Source: the human T2T-CHM13v2.0 reference genome, Homo sapiens. From it: a stretch of 64,000 nt of DNA. Below are positions 14,564 to 32,472 of the stretch, in pieces. Where the stretch lies: assembly GCF_009914755.1 (NCBI RefSeq), contig NC_060926.1. One strand, given 5' to 3'. Position numbers and translations under genes: made by a program. The notes beneath the pieces were generated by a model, which ran no database searches, was not told the origin of the DNA, and saw only the letters and a list, made by a program, of their open reading frames with translations. Position 1 is the stretch's first letter, and every line of letters starts with the position of its first letter.

Positions 14564-17129
14564 TGATCTTCTTTCGCCTTTTAAAACATGAAGATTTAGC
14601 ATATTTTTTCCCAAAGAGAGAATTTTCAAGTAGTGAATTCTCCAGAAATTAAGAATTACTGTATTGTGAAATGAAAAGTAAATGTGGCAGGAAGTGGGAA
14701 TATATTTGATACCTTGGTAACTAAAAATATTGTGTTAGTTTATGGAAAAATCAAGAGCTGATTAGACAATTCACTTAAGCTTTAGGTCTATATTTATTTG
14801 GATAGATTAATACCATATTCAGGTAGGTTCTCCAAATATACTGTTTTATTAACTATTGTTTATTCATTTTCAAAGACTCAGCTTATAGTGTCAGACTAAT
14901 TTATTCACAGCCGTAACTAGTGGAGTATGAGGCAGAAAAGCAGGCTGGGAGGAGTGCTGATTTTCAGGACCTGAAGGGTGGAAAATATACTGTTGATATA
15001 TCGTTATGATTGCTTTATCGAATGTATTGTTTGATGGCTACTCCTCGGCTTCTCTCTGATCCAGTAATAAACCTTATAAAACCCAGGAGATAACCAAAAT
15101 GTAGCTCTATACAATCATCTTTCATAGTTGTTATGGCAGGTGAAGTTGTTAGGGACATTTGAATGTTATTTTTCGGCTTCAGATCATTGGAAACTAGGAT
15201 GACTTAATGTTCCTCTATTGGTCTGTAGAGATTGTAGTAGCAAAGTTCAAACTACTGATACTAATTTTTGTCACAGCTATTTTTAACCTCCATAAGTGAA
15301 ATGCTGAAAAGTTATAAAGCAGGAACAGTGATTATTTCAATGATGACTGCTTCTTAGTATTGGAAATATTTTATTGACAAACTATCCAATCCAAAGTTAT
15401 CAAACAAATTAGTAGAACATTTGAAAAATAAAAAACACTTCAGTTAATGATAACCCTTGTTAAGAATCAATAGAAATAAGACATGTGAGTAATGGCAAAT
15501 TTTTCGTTTTAAAGTTGGCCATTTAAAAGGGAAATACTAGACATGGTAATTTGGTTATTATACTTTAGGTTGGGAGTATGAAGAATTACCTTTGTATCTG
15601 GCTATAAGTCTGCCACCTCTCAGCAAATTTGAAATAATTGAGCTTACAGATTCTCACCTTTCTAAGAAGTTTGCCTAATTTAGGCACTTTTTTCACCCCA
15701 GAATTCACTCTTCTTGGAACTGAAAGAATATGGTGGGGTTTATAATTCCAAAACATTTCCCCTGGAAACACAGGAAACGGAAAAGAAGGAAAAGACGTTA
15801 AAGCTGACTAGGTGGGTTAGCTTCAAGTGCTGGTTCTCTTTTCCTGTGTCTTCACTTCATAAAATCAGGAGTTGATCATGCTTTTAATGTAATTATTTTC
15901 TGGTCAAGAAAAATACCATATAGAAAACTTTAGACTCCTCCAGTGATGTAGTTTGCAAAATAAAAATGCGTTCTTTGACCATTATGAAAGTAATTTTATA
16001 CAGATTTTTCTTCATTTTCTTAAGTTACATATAGAAGATAAAATAGAAAAAAATTGTGAGTCGATACATTCTTTTTGGGTAAAAGGGAGATAATACCTTA
16101 TTAAAGGAAAAATGCGTAATGACTTCATTCCTCCAGATTGCTTTAAAGAGCCTTTTGTTCTCATATGTTCTTTTAATTCTAAGAGGATGCAATCATTATT
16201 TTTAACATTCCTCTACCTCCCACTTGTAGTAAGATATTTGAATTGTATGTATTTGTTTCAGGATTTTGTCAGAGATCCAGTTTCTCAGCATCTTTACCAA
16301 AATGCCACTATTTTTTATTTTGGCCGTTAAATAGGTATATGGTGGTATCTCATAATGGTCTTAATTTACATTTCCCAAATGGCTCAGATTGAGCATCCTT
16401 TCATGTGCTTAATGGCCATCTGAATATCCCATTCGGTAAAATGTCTTTTTATGTTTTTTTGCCCATTTTCTAATGGGATTATTTGATTTTTTTTTTTTTT
16501 TACTGTTGAGTTCTGAGAGTTTATTACATATTCTGAGTACTAGTCTATTGTCAGATAAATGTTTTGCAGGCTTTTTTTTTTTACAGTCTGTAAGTTTTAA
16601 ATTTTGATGATATAGCTAATTTGTCTTTTTTGTTGTTGTTTTTATGAATCATGCTTTTGATGTCACATCTAAGAACACTTCACCATACCTAGGTCCCTAA
16701 GATTTTCTAGTATGTTTTCTTCTAAAAGTTAGTGTTTTAGGTTTTACATTTAAATCTGAGTCAGTGAGTAATTTTTTGCATAAGGTGTGAGGTTTAGGTT
16801 GAGGTTCATTTTTCATTTTGTGTATGGATTTCTGATTGGTTCAGCACTGTTTGTTGAAAAGGCCATCCTTTCTCTGTTGAATTGTTTTTGTACCTTTGTT
16901 AAAAATCAGTTGGCTGTACTTGTGTGGTAATTCTGTTTTGTTCCAGTGATCTCGGTGTCTCTACTTCTGTCGTTACCAACAGTCTTGATAAATGTAGGTA
17001 CATAATCATAAAATCTGGGAGAGGGATTCCCAGTTTATTTTTCTTTGGGAGTGGGAGTATAGTTACTCCCACTTTAGTCTTTTTCAAAATTGTTTTTGCT
17101 ACAATGATTCCTTTGCCTTTCCATATTAA

Positions 17130-17431
17130 TTTTTTATTTTTTTTAAATTTGAGGCAGAGCCTCGCTCTATCACCCAAGCTGGAGTGCAGTGGCACGATCT
17201 TGGTTCACTGAAGCTCCGCCTCCTGGGTTCAAGTGATTCTCCTGCCTTAGCCTACTGAGTAGCTGGGATTACAAACATGCATCACCACGCCTGGCTAATT
17301 TTTCTATTTTTAGTAGAGATGGGGTTTCGCCAAGTTGGCCAGGCTGGTCTTGAGCTCCTGGCCTCAAGTGTTCTGCCTGCCTAGGCCTCCCAAAATTCTG
17401 GGATTACAGGCGTGAGTCACTGCGCCTGGCC
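17130..17431 (-). mobile_element. AluS/J-type Alu
   Basis: Dimeric Alu; TSD ttccatattaatttt on both sides. Confidence 0.9.
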
Positions 17432-17890
17432 TTCCATATTAATTTTAGAATAAAATTATCTAAAATAAAATTATCTACAAAAAAGTACTGGGATTTTGAT
17501 AGAAATTACATTAAACCTGTATGCCTATTTGGAGAGAATTGACGTGTTTACTAGTTTGAATGTTCCAGTCCGTGAACATAGTTATGTCTCTCCATTTATT
17601 TAGATTTTCTTCAATTTTTTTATCAGCATTTTGTAGTTTTTAGCATAGAAGTTCTCTATGTGTTTTGTTAGATTTACACCTAAGTATTTTGTTTTTTGTT
17701 TAGCAGTTGCAAATTATACTGTATTTTGTTTGACTCCTCATATTTATTCCTAGCATACACAAATAAAACTGATTTTTGTATGTTGATGTATTGGGTGACC
17801 TCGCTGAACTTACTTATTAGTTCTAGGAGTGCTTTTGTAGATTCCTTGGGATTTTCTTTGTAAAATTATTTCATCTGCAAAAATGTTTAA

Positions 17891-18240
<350 letters not shown>

Positions 18241-20323
18241 CTCCTCCTTTTTTTAACCTCACAGCATAGGCTAGGACTTGCAGCATTATGTTGCATATGA
18301 GTGGTGAGAGCAGATACCCTTCCTTGCCTTATTCCTGGTTATAGGGGAAAGCATTCAGGCTTTAACCATTAAGTATGATGTTAGCTGTGGATTTTTTTGT
18401 AGATGCTTTTTATTATGTTGAAGAAGATCCCTTTATTTCTAGTTTTCTAAGAATTTTTTATTATGAATGGGTGGTGAATTTTGTCAAATGCTTTCCTGCA
18501 TTGATTAAAAAGGTCATGTGATTTTTCTCCCTTAGTCTGTTAATAAGGTGGATTATATTGATTGATTGTTAAAATATTGGGTGAACCTTGTTGCACCTTT
18601 GAAATAAAACCCCCTTGGTACATGGTATGTAATTCTTTTTACATATTGCTGAATTCTGGTTTCTTGTATTTTATTAAGGGTTTTTGTGTCTGTATTCATG
18701 AGGAATATTGGTTTGTAGTTTTCTTTATGTTTTTGTCTGTTTTTTCCATCAGGATAAAATTGGCTACATGGAATGATTTGAGAAGTATCCTTTTCTATTC
18801 TGCTTTCTGGAAGAGATCATCTAGAAATTGTGTTACTTTTTCTTTAAATGTTAGGTAGATTTTCCCAGGAAACCCTCTGTGTTTGAATATTCTGTTGGGG
18901 GAGTTTTAGAATTACGAATTTGATTTTTAAAATAGTTATAGGGCTGTTTAAATTTTCTGTTTCATATTGGCTGAATTTTGGCAGTTTGTGCCTTTCATGG
19001 AATTGGTTCTTTTTATGTCAAATTGATGTATAAGTTGTTTGTAGTATTACCATTTCAATGGTTGCAAAGTCTATGTGGTATCCTCTGTTTCATTCCTAAT
19101 GTTAGCAATTTGTGTTTTCTGTTTCTTTGTTAGCCTTGCTAGAGGTTTATTATGTTTATTGATCCTTTAAAGAACTAGCTTTTTTCCCCTATTGATTTTC
19201 TCTATTTTTATTTTCTTTAATTTCATTGATTTATGTTCTTTGTTATTTCCTTCCTTCTGTTTGCTATGAGTTCATTTAGCTCATTGTCTAGGTTCTTGAG
19301 GAGGGAGGTTAGATTACTGATTTGAGACATTTCCTGTTTTCTATTGTATGCATATATTGCTGTAGATTTCTGTCAGCACTGCTTAAATCATATCTCACAA
19401 ATTTTGATATGTTGTGTTTTCATTTTTATTCAATCAGTGTATCTTGATTTTCCTTAAGATTTCCTCTTTGTCCAGTGGATAACGTAGACTTGTTTAGTTT
19501 CTACGTGTTTGGAGATTTTTCTGTTGTCTTTCTGTTGTTGATTTCTGGTTTGATTCCATTGTTCTCAGAATACATTTTGCATAATTTCAATTATTTAAAT
19601 ATTTAGATTTGTTTCTTAGCCCAGGATATGGTCTCTCTTGAAATGTTCAGTGGATGTTTAAAAATAATTAATATTCTGTTGTCTTTGCTAGAGTGTTCTA
19701 TAAATGTTCATGATTAGATCCTATTGGTTGTTAAGTTCTCTTATATTCTTGCTAATTTTCCTAGTTGTATCAATTATTGAGAAAGGGGAGTTGAGCTCTC
19801 CTATAATTGTGGGATTTATCTTTTTTTATTTCAGTTTGACAGTTTTGCTTCATGTATTTTTGCAGCTCTGTTGGTTGGTACATCCACATTTAGGATTGGT
19901 AATGTCTCGGTGGCTTGACCATTTTATCATTATGTAATGCCTAATCTGTTCTTATGAATTTTATTTGTTCCCAAGTCTACTTTATCTGATACTAATATAG
20001 GTACTCTTCTTCCTATTGATTAATGTTTCCATGATACATCTCTTTCCATCCTTGTACTTTCTACCTGCCTGTATTGTTATATGTGAGGAGAGTTTCTGGA
20101 AGACAGCATTATAGCTGGGCCATGTACCCCATCCCCACCCCCACTCCGCCAATCACTGTCATTTTAGTTTCTTAGAGACAGGGTTTCTGTCTGTCTCTGA
20201 CACTGGGGTACAGTGGCATGATCATAGCTCACTGTAACCTTGAACTCCTGGGCTCAAGGGATCCTCCTACCTCAGCCTCCTGAGTAGCTAGGACTACAGG
20301 TGCATGCCACCATGCTCAGCTAA

Positions 20324-21994
20324 TTTTTTTTTTTTAATTATACTTTAAGTTCTAGGGTACATGTGCACAACGTGCAAGTTTGTTACATAGGTATACATGT
20401 GCCATGTTTGTTTGCTGCACCCATTAACTCATCATTTACATTAGGTATTTCTCCTAATACCATCCCTCTCCCTGCCCTCCACCCAACGACAGGCCCCCGT
20501 GTGTGATGTTCCCCGCCCTGTGTCCAAGTGTTCTCATTGTTCATTTCCCACCTGTGAGTGAGAACATGCAGTGTTTTGTTTTCTCTCCTTGCGATAGTTT
20601 GCTCAGAATGATGATTTCCAGTTTCATCCATGTCCCTGCAAAGGACGTGAACTCATCCTTTTTTATGGCTGCATAGTATTCCATGGTGTATATGTGCCAC
20701 ATTTTCTTAATCTAGTCTATCATAGATGAACATTTGGGTTGGTTCCAAGTTTTTGCTATTGTGAATAGTGCTGCAACAAACATACACGTGTATGTGTCTT
20801 TATAGCAGAATGATTTATAATCCTTTGGGCATATACCCAGTAATGGGATCTTTGGGTCAAATGGTATTTCTAGTTCTAGATCCTTGAGGAATCATCATAC
20901 TGTCTTCCACAATGGTTGAACTAGTTTACACTCCCACCAACAGTGTAAAAGTGTTCTATTTCTCCATATCCTCTCCAGCATCTGTTGTTTCCTGACTTTT
21001 TAATGATCGCCATTCTAACTGGCATGAGATGGTATCTCATTGTGGTTTTGATTTGCATTCTGGTCATCTCTGATGACCAGTGATGATGAGCATTTTTTCA
21101 TGTGTCTGTTGGCTGCATAAATGTCTTTTTTTGAGAAGTGTCTGTTCATATCCTTTGCCCACTTTTTGATGGGGTTGTTTGTTTTTTTCTTATAAATTTG
21201 TTTAAGTTCTTTGTAGATTCTGGATATTAGCCCTTCGTAGATGGATAGATTGCAAAAATTTTCTCCTGTTTTGTATGTTGCCTGTTCACTCTGATGGTAG
21301 TTTCTTTTGCTGTGCAGAAGTTCTTTAGTTTAATCAGATCTCATTTGTCTATTTTGTTTTGTTTGTTTTTGCCATTGCTTTTGGTGTTTTAGTTATGAAG
21401 TCCTTGCCCATGCCTATGTCCTGAATGGTATTGCCTAGGTTTTCTTCTAGGGTTTTTATGGTTTTAGGTCTAACATTTAAGTCTTTAATCCATCTTGAAT
21501 TAATTTTTGTATAAGGTGTAAGGAAGGGATCCAGTTTCAGCTTTCTACATATGGCTAGCCAGTTTTCCCAGCACCATTTATTAAATAGGGCCATTTCTTG
21601 TTTTTGTCAGGTTTGTCAAAGATCAGATGGTTGTAGATGTGTGGTGATATTTCTGAGGCCTCTGTTCTGTTCCATTGGTCTATCTCTCTGTTCTGATACC
21701 AGTACCATGCTGTTTTGGTTACTGTAGCCTTGTAGTATAGTTTGAAGTCAGATAGTGTGATGCCTCCAGCTTTGTTCTTTTTGCTTAGGATTGTCTTGGC
21801 AACGTGGGCTCTTTTTTGGTTCTATATGAACTTCAAAGTAGTTTTTTCCAGTTCTGCAAAGAAAATCATTGTTAGCTTGATGGGGATGGCATTGAATCTA
21901 TAAATTACCTTGGGCAGTATGGCCATTTTCACGATACTCCTTCTTCCTATCCATGAGCATGGAATGTTCTTCCATTTGTTTGTGTCCTCTTTTA
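20324..21994 (-). mobile_element. L1PA5/6-like 3' portion (non-inverted arm of a twin-primed insertion)
   Basis: 3' terminus ttatactttaagttctagggtacatgtgcacaacg; ORF2 C-terminal peptide at 21349-21594 ([23 protein letters not shown]). Confidence 0.92.
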
Positions 21995-24616
<2,622 letters not shown>

Positions 24617-25860
24617 CCCAGCTAATTTTTAAAACATTCTTTTTTGTAGAAACAGGGCCTCCCTGTGTTTTCCAGGCTGGTCTCAAACTCTTGTCCTGAA
24701 GCAATCCTCCCACCTCCCAAATCGTTGGGATTACAGTCATGAGCCACTTCACCCAGCCCAATCACTGTCTTTTAATTGTGGAATTTTACTTGGCAAGCGT
24801 CTCCTTGTCAACATAGTAAGACTTTTTTCCCCTACATTATTTTTATATTTATATAACAATGACTTTTACTTTGAGCTTTAATCTTTTGAAATGAATAATC
24901 TGTGAGAGATCAGCTCCAGGTATTATCACTGATTTGAAATACTATTTTCATTATATTTTGCTTACTCATTGTTCATACTGCTTACTACTTATTGCTTACT
25001 CATTCAAACATCCCAAATACTAGTCTTTCTTCTAGTTTAGTGTGTTTCCTTTACCTAATTGTCTTTAAGACAGAAGTGTTAGGTGTTTTAAAGTTTGAAT
25101 CCTTAAATGCCTGAGTGTTTTAAGAGTTTTTTTTTCTCCTCCATGAATGTTAATTTTCTAGGTATATAAGTCAGTGTTTCAAAGAATTTTCTTTCACAAC
25201 TTTGAAGCTACAGCTTCATTGTCTTTAAACATCTAGTATCGCTGATATCACTGTGATTTCTGTTGTTTTATAGGCCATCTAGTTTTTATCTCTTAGGTTA
25301 AAAATTCAGAAGCAAAGATTGGTCACCATTTCTATTTTGTTTTCTTAGGAATAATAACAATAATACTCTTAGGTTGAATTTTGAGGATGGTTAAAATGAA
25401 GGGTTGTTTTTTTTTTTAAACTTCTTGGTTTCCCCAACACCTTAAGTTTTTTAAAAAAGGGAAGGGCCTGCCAAAATTAAATAATTTTTCCTCCTGTTGT
25501 CATTCTACAGTGCTTTAAAATACTTGCATCAATGAGTAATATCCAACTTCCTGAGGCAGCATAATCTTCCCGCCCCTTTTGGCTACTCCAAAGTTTACAT
25601 ATTTTGAATTGGAATATGACTTCCTTAAAAATTTATGTATTAAATCTTCTGGATGGAGCAGTTAAAAAAAAAACCTCTTTTTCAAAGCAGTGGTAACTTT
25701 AGTTTGATGATGAACTATATATAACTTATACCTACAATTCTTATTCTGGTGTTTCAAAATTTATAACTGTTTTCCACCTAAGTTTTAATTGAGAAATATA
25801 TAATAACTTTGCCTTTTAAACTACAGCTTATATTTTACGAACCTTTTATTTAGTGAATTT

Positions 25861-25877
25861 TTTTTTTTTTAACTTAG
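25861..25877 (+). promoter_or_regulatory. PTPN4: 3' splice acceptor of the PTPN4 first coding exon
   Basis: Poly-T tract followed by aacttag|ac. Confidence 0.85.
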
Positions 25878-25894
25878 ACTTTGTGTGGACAGTA
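25878..25894 (+). other. PTPN4: 5'UTR part of the PTPN4 first coding exon (17 nt)
   Basis: Lies between the AG acceptor and the ATG at 25895; G at -3. Confidence 0.8.
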
Positions 25895-26032
25895 ATGACC
25901 TCACGTTTCCGATTGCCTGCTGGCAGAACCTACAATGTACGAGCATCAGAGTTGGCCCGAGACAGACAGCATACTGAAGTGGTTTGCAACATCCTTCTTC
26001 TGGATAACACTGTACAAGCTTTCAAAGTCAAT
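25895..26032 (+). CDS. PTPN4: PTPN4 (PTP-MEG1) first coding exon, codons 1-46, start of the FERM domain; phase-0 exit
   Basis: Translates MTSRFRLPAGRTYNVRASELARDRQHTEVVCNILLLDNTVQAFKVN, recognised as the PTPN4 N-terminus; 138 nt followed by GTAAGT. No downstream exon recognised in the window. Confidence 0.93.
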
Positions 26033-26038
26033 GTAAGT
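26033..26038 (+). promoter_or_regulatory. PTPN4: 5' splice donor GTAAGT
   Basis: aat|gtaagt, perfect intronic consensus. Confidence 0.9.
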
Positions 26039-27104
26039 ATTTTGTGTCTTTTAAAAAATAATCTCTGGCTATAAGTCTGAATTTAGACATATATGTAAAC
26101 TAGGATTATTAAATTATAGTACAGTTTGAAAAGTCTTATTCAAGTAAAAAAGTCTTTTTGGTGCAGGATTGTATTAGATGCATGCTCTCATTCAAACTGG
26201 GTCTTTTTAAAAAGTGTTGCTCACTGGATGTTGTTGAGAAACCAACAGTGTGCATTTTGATTAGTAGAGCAGATCCATAGTATGTGTGTGGTTTTCATAA
26301 ATGTGCTTGAGGGTGCCTGAAAAGAATTTGTTCTTCTAAATAATTTATACATATTCATGGTAATTTTACTTGTACTGTCTGTGAGTAAAATTTTTGCCAA
26401 ACAAAAATAAATGACAGCCCTGATCTTATCTATCGTCTGAAATATTTATTTAACAAATATTTGTTCATCCTATTTGTGTCTAGCTTTGTTTGCTCATCGT
26501 TATTTGTGAGTTTTACCCATGTGGTGTGTTAACAGTAGTTAGTTCATTGTTACTGCTCTGTAGTACCCTTTTGTATGAATATACTATAGTTTACTTATCC
26601 TTTCATTTACCATTTACTTGTCCAGTTTATTGTTGGTATATATTTGGATTTGTTTCCACTTTGGGCTCTTACAAATAATACTGCTGTGAACATTCTTGTA
26701 CATATCTTGATACATATAAAAGTGTATTCTCCCTTTTTATTTAAAAACTTTTCAACCTATATGGAAAAGGTGAAATAATATTATAATGAATACCCTTATA
26801 CCCTTTACCTAAATTGACCCAGTGTTAACATTTTGCACATTTACTTTATGTTTCCTTCTCTCTACATGACTTTTTTTTCCTGAACCTTTTGAAAGTAAGT
26901 ACTTCAGTATTCCGAGAATCTCATAATTACCACATCCCTAAATTTAACTTTATGAAAATAATAATATATGCAGTCTGTATTCAAACTGGAATTCTTATTC
27001 TTCAGGATGTTTTGGTATTTCCAAATTTTTCAGGATGTTTTCTGCTGTATTACTTGGGTATTTCCACACTTTGAAATCTTTAAGTAATATAAAATATGAA
27101 TCTT

Positions 27105-27275
27105 ACACCGGGGCCAGTCGGGGGATTAGGGGCTGGGGGAGGGATAGCATTAGGAGAAATACCCAATGTAAATGATGAGTTGATGGGTGCAGCCAACCAA
27201 CATGGCACATGTATACCTAGGTATCAAACCTGCATGTTGTGCACATGTACCCTAGAACTTAAAGTATAATAATAC
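27105..27275 (+). mobile_element. Severely 5'-truncated L1PA (~170 bp of 3'UTR)
   Basis: ggagggatagcattaggagaaatacc...gtaccctagaacttaaagtataat; TSD aaaa(t/a)atgaatctt at 27091-27104 and 27276-27289. Confidence 0.9.
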
Positions 27276-28989
27276 AAAAAATGAATCTTTCTTATTTACC
27301 AGTTTAAGCTTAAAATTTTCTGTGTATTACTATATAGCAGGATTATGAATTTATCTCAAATTCCAAGCTATTTCACATTGAAAAAGGGGCTGCAGAGTAG
27401 TGAATATTACATCATTATCATTAAAAATACCTTCAACATTATCTAAAATACCCAACAGATTTAGGATTTAGTGTGCTTTTCTAAAAAGCTAAACTTTTGA
27501 TTTCTTTTGTATTCTATCATCTGTTAATATATAGTTGGAATATAGGTTGCCAAACAGAGATAACATAAAGTGAAGAGAATTCTACTTCGTACAAATTTCT
27601 ATTTAATAGAAACTCTCGTGTATTAGACAGTTGATGTAAGAAAATAAGCCTTTTTTCCTATTATTCACGTGTTAGAATTCTTTTTTGGAAAAGGCATAAA
27701 TTTAATAACTTTTGTCTTAGCTTAAATTTAGCTACTATTTAGTTTTCATTTTAACTATAGTTTTGAATGTATTTCAAAATATTGTAAAAAGGTTTGGTAT
27801 GTTTCTCAGCTAGCATAATTTTCTGTTGAGCACTTTAGTTAACAGTAGTATGCTGTATTTTTCAGTGTAGTAATCAATGTGCTGTCTAGTTACTCTTTTA
27901 GAAAGACATATATATTAATGTACTTTTATATGTTTATATTTTAAAAATATATATTACATATATTTAGCTGGCAGTTTCAATAGACCTGGATATATTACCT
28001 AGAATGGTAAGTAAGCTTACCATTCTGTGGTGCTAGAAACTTTCTCTACCATTATCTCAGGTCATCAAAAAACTTAAGAGGAACAATATTTATGAAAAAT
28101 TGCTGGTTATGTGGTATATTTATTCCTCTGGGTATTTGAACCCAAGCCATTCAAACCAAAAGAGTTGCTTTGTACTTTTAGGTAGATTATTTATCTTTTA
28201 ATCCATGTGAATAGATCTCCAGTTATGTACTTTACAACCTGTGGAGTGGTATGTGGCAGCCTGCAAACTAATTGGGGGTTTGAAAGTTTTGGTGTTTGTT
28301 TTCTTGTGTCCACTTAGTACCATTAAGTCTCAGAAATCCTTTGTGGGCAGCTGCCAGGTTCACCAGCATTTCTCTGTTCACCAAGAAGGAGAACTACTCA
28401 GTTTCCTTTGGAGACTACCAGGCATTGGAGTCATTGCTTTTCATGAAAGATTTTTGCACCACAGGTAAAATATTCATGTTGCCAAAGCCTGCTTTGTTTC
28501 ATCTGGTAGTTATCTCATCAAAGCCGTTTCTGTATTTTCTGAGGGAAATTTTTGTAATGAAGGAGTTGATGTAACTTCACTAGATCTTGCTTTTTCTCTG
28601 CTGTGGACATAGGAATGATAAGCCTGTTATCACTGGGTTTGTGTTGGCTTGTGTTGTTTCAATGTCAAGTCCTATTTTCACTGTGGCTTTGGTATAACCA
28701 TTTATTTACTGTGGCCAACCTATGGAGTGTATTGTCCCTCTCATGCCGTGAATTCATTGTCACTAAATGAATTCATGATATGAGAATTCATCTCACCAAA
28801 TATGTTTGCATTAACAACTCACTAAATATGTTTGCATTAAATACTTTAAAATGCATAGTGTCCGTACTACATGGATTGATGTCTTCAATCTATGAGGATT
28901 TTTACCCCTAATTTTTGACTTGACTTTTACTTTGGTGCAGCTGATTAACGTTAGCCTGTATGATGAACAAGGAAGGGCTGGGAGGACCA

Positions 28990-29823
<834 letters not shown>

Positions 29824-32043
29824 TATGGCATCCTGTGGAGGTGTCCATTTTGCCTCTTCCTCATCACTTACTGTACCCATCTTCCTACTTTCATAGATAC
29901 CCAGAAATTTCATCCCAGAACTGTCTCCTTTGCTTCTCAAGGGATAGCTACCATATTTAAGGAGTCAGAGATGATGAAAGACAGGTTTAATTTTTATTAT
30001 TTGCTCTTTGTGTTTATTATTTAAATTATTTACCCAGGTGTGCCATACTTAAAAAAAAATGTATATGTGTGTGTATGTGTGACACACACACATCTATCTT
30101 TTAAATTTGATCTATATGTTTTATTTTATAAGTGTATGTATGTACATGTAATTGGCGTATTCATTTACACAATTTTCAAAACCATATAGTTTTATAGGTC
30201 TTGAGTTTGTAGAGCCTCACTGCCAGTCTTCTTAGAGCTGAGTGAGAGGAAGGGATTGGAGAGGACTTACCTATTCACTATGTAGATTTTTTCTTATTAT
30301 GCAGGCTCTGTCTGTACAATACAGGCAGTATAATCTGCCTGTACAATTAGTACAGTACAAATTAATCAGCTGCACATGATGCTCCTGATTCCAGAGTCCT
30401 TCTGGTTCATTTTCTTCAGAGAGTAAATCTCCAGTTCCTATGGTGATTGGCTGTAGGGGAGGGGAAGTGAGAGAAGTCATGTAGGGGCTGTTACTTGTAT
30501 AGACTCTCAACATTTTTTCAGTCCTGACCCTGCCTTCTCTTTTTGAAAGATAATTTGTACCCCTATTTCTAGAGTTTGTGGGGTAAATGAACTTGCTCCT
30601 AGGCCTTTCTCACACTGTTAACTTTTTCTGTCACTTAAGGTGACCACTGAAGTTGCTTTTCATTTTCCAAAATTTTCTTAGGGTAGTCTTTTCTTTCATT
30701 ACTAACTATACCTACACTGTTATTTTAGTGTGCCTTGAGCAAACATTTATGTTCAGCCTTCCTCATTTTTAACCTTGACATCTCTCAAGTTGATTGTCAA
30801 CAGTGCCTACCTTGAAGGAGAATTTATTAAATACCAAACTTTAAAAAATAAAATCAGATGTTAAAATGGAATTTATCTTTAGTACAAAAAGACATGATAA
30901 TTTTGTCAGCTTTTATAGTATATGAAAAGTCCAATATTATAGTGTATGATAGATTTTTAAAGCTTTTATCTATTTTGAAATCCTTTTTTTCTAGGCTATA
31001 ATCATATTAAACACTAGAAAATTATTTTATCAGTCAAATTTAGAGTTGAGCACAATTAAGGTGACCATATTTCTTGTTTTATTATTTCACCTTGCTGTGG
31101 TTTCATCAGGCATATAGTTCTTGGGTCTCATATTATATTTGCCATGCATAAGTCTGTTACTGAAAATGACCTTTACTTCTATTGAAAGATTCTTGGGCAG
31201 TTATTCAATGATGATTTTATACATCTTTATTTTGAAGGCTTACTCTGTGACTATACACAAGTTGTTCTTGTCTGTGTTTCATATTCTTTCTTTGTTAAGA
31301 GAGAATAATATCTACCTGACATTAGGATGCTTAGCATTAAACAAGAATGTTGGTGAAGTGCCTGTTTATGTATCTGACTAGTATTATGCATTTAGAAAGG
31401 TTGACTTTCCTCTCTTGCTTGTAATCCAATTGATCCATTCTCTTGTTCCAGAAATGTTTTCTTGGAAATATGTTATTTTTGAAATTCCACAAAATAGCAA
31501 TTTACTAATTGTTTGATGTGCATATATAACGTTTTCATCCATGTATTGGTGTACATATACTGCTTGCAAAACCCAATTTGTTTACTGGCAGTATTGATTA
31601 AAAATATATATACACAGAAATTTTAAAATGCCAGTTATTTGTAAAAAGTAAAGAGAAAACAATTGTCAAGTGTTACTTTTTTGAGAATTAGGTTTTTTTT
31701 ATCCCACAGAAAATTGTAGTTATTCATGTACATTATTTAATAATTATTGAATACCTAACATACATTATGGAGTATAATTCAAAAATAGTTGGCAGCCATT
31801 AAATTATGAGAGAGATGTTGGATTCTATTTAGAAAGATTTTCAGCTTGGTTTTCCTTCTCTGGAAATTACATGTAGATTTTATTGTTTTTTGTAATATGT
31901 ATAATGCACAAAACAGTGCAGTACACAGATCTTCATTATATAACTCAATGAATTATTTTATGTATACACCTGTGCAGTACCACCAGATTAAGGCATTGAA
32001 TATTTCTCTCAATAAAAAGGATTCCCTTGTGCTCCTCTAAGTA

Positions 32044-32472
32044 TAGTCACGCATCACTTAACAACAGGCATACATCCTGAGAAATGTGTCGTTAGGTGAT
32101 TTCATCATTGTGTTGAGCATCATAGAGTGTACTCACATGTAGATGGTATAACCTATTACACACCTAGGATATATGGTATGGCCTGTTGCTCCTAGGCTAC
32201 AAACCTGAACAGCGTGTTAGTGAACTGGCTATTATAACATGATGGTATTTGTATATCTAAATGTATCTAAACATAGAAAAGGTATGGTAAAGATACAGTA
32301 TTAAAATCTTAGTTAGGCACAGCGGTAGGCACTTATAGTCCCAGTTACTTAGGAGGCTGCGGTGGAAGGATTGTTTGAACCCAGGAGTTTGAGTTCAGCC
32401 TGGACAGCATAGCAAGACCTTGTCTCTGAAAAATAAATCAAAAATCAAAAATTAAAAATCTATAATCTATGG
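32044..32472 (+). mobile_element. Tigger3a (TcMar) with a FLAM insertion; right end missing
   Basis: Follows Tigger3a consensus: agtcacgcatcacttaacaac...gagaaatgtgtcgttaggtgatttc...ctcctaggctacaaacctg...aaacatagaaaagg...tataatctatgg. Confidence 0.8.
32311..32455 (+). mobile_element. FLAM/Alu monomer
   Basis: Single Alu arm with A-rich tail. Confidence 0.8.

Noticed and set aside
25853-26074. 73-aa ORF as called in the track
   Set aside because: It runs through both splice sites; only 25895-26032 is coding.
28241-28600. Non-repeat-looking ORFs with a possible donor (cacag|gtaaaa) and a faint CR1-RT-like GVDVTSLDL
   Set aside because: No convincing acceptor, frame or homology; too weak without a profile search.
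30065-30093. TG...CA inverted arms
   Set aside because: Self-complementarity is expected from adjacent TG and CA microsatellites.
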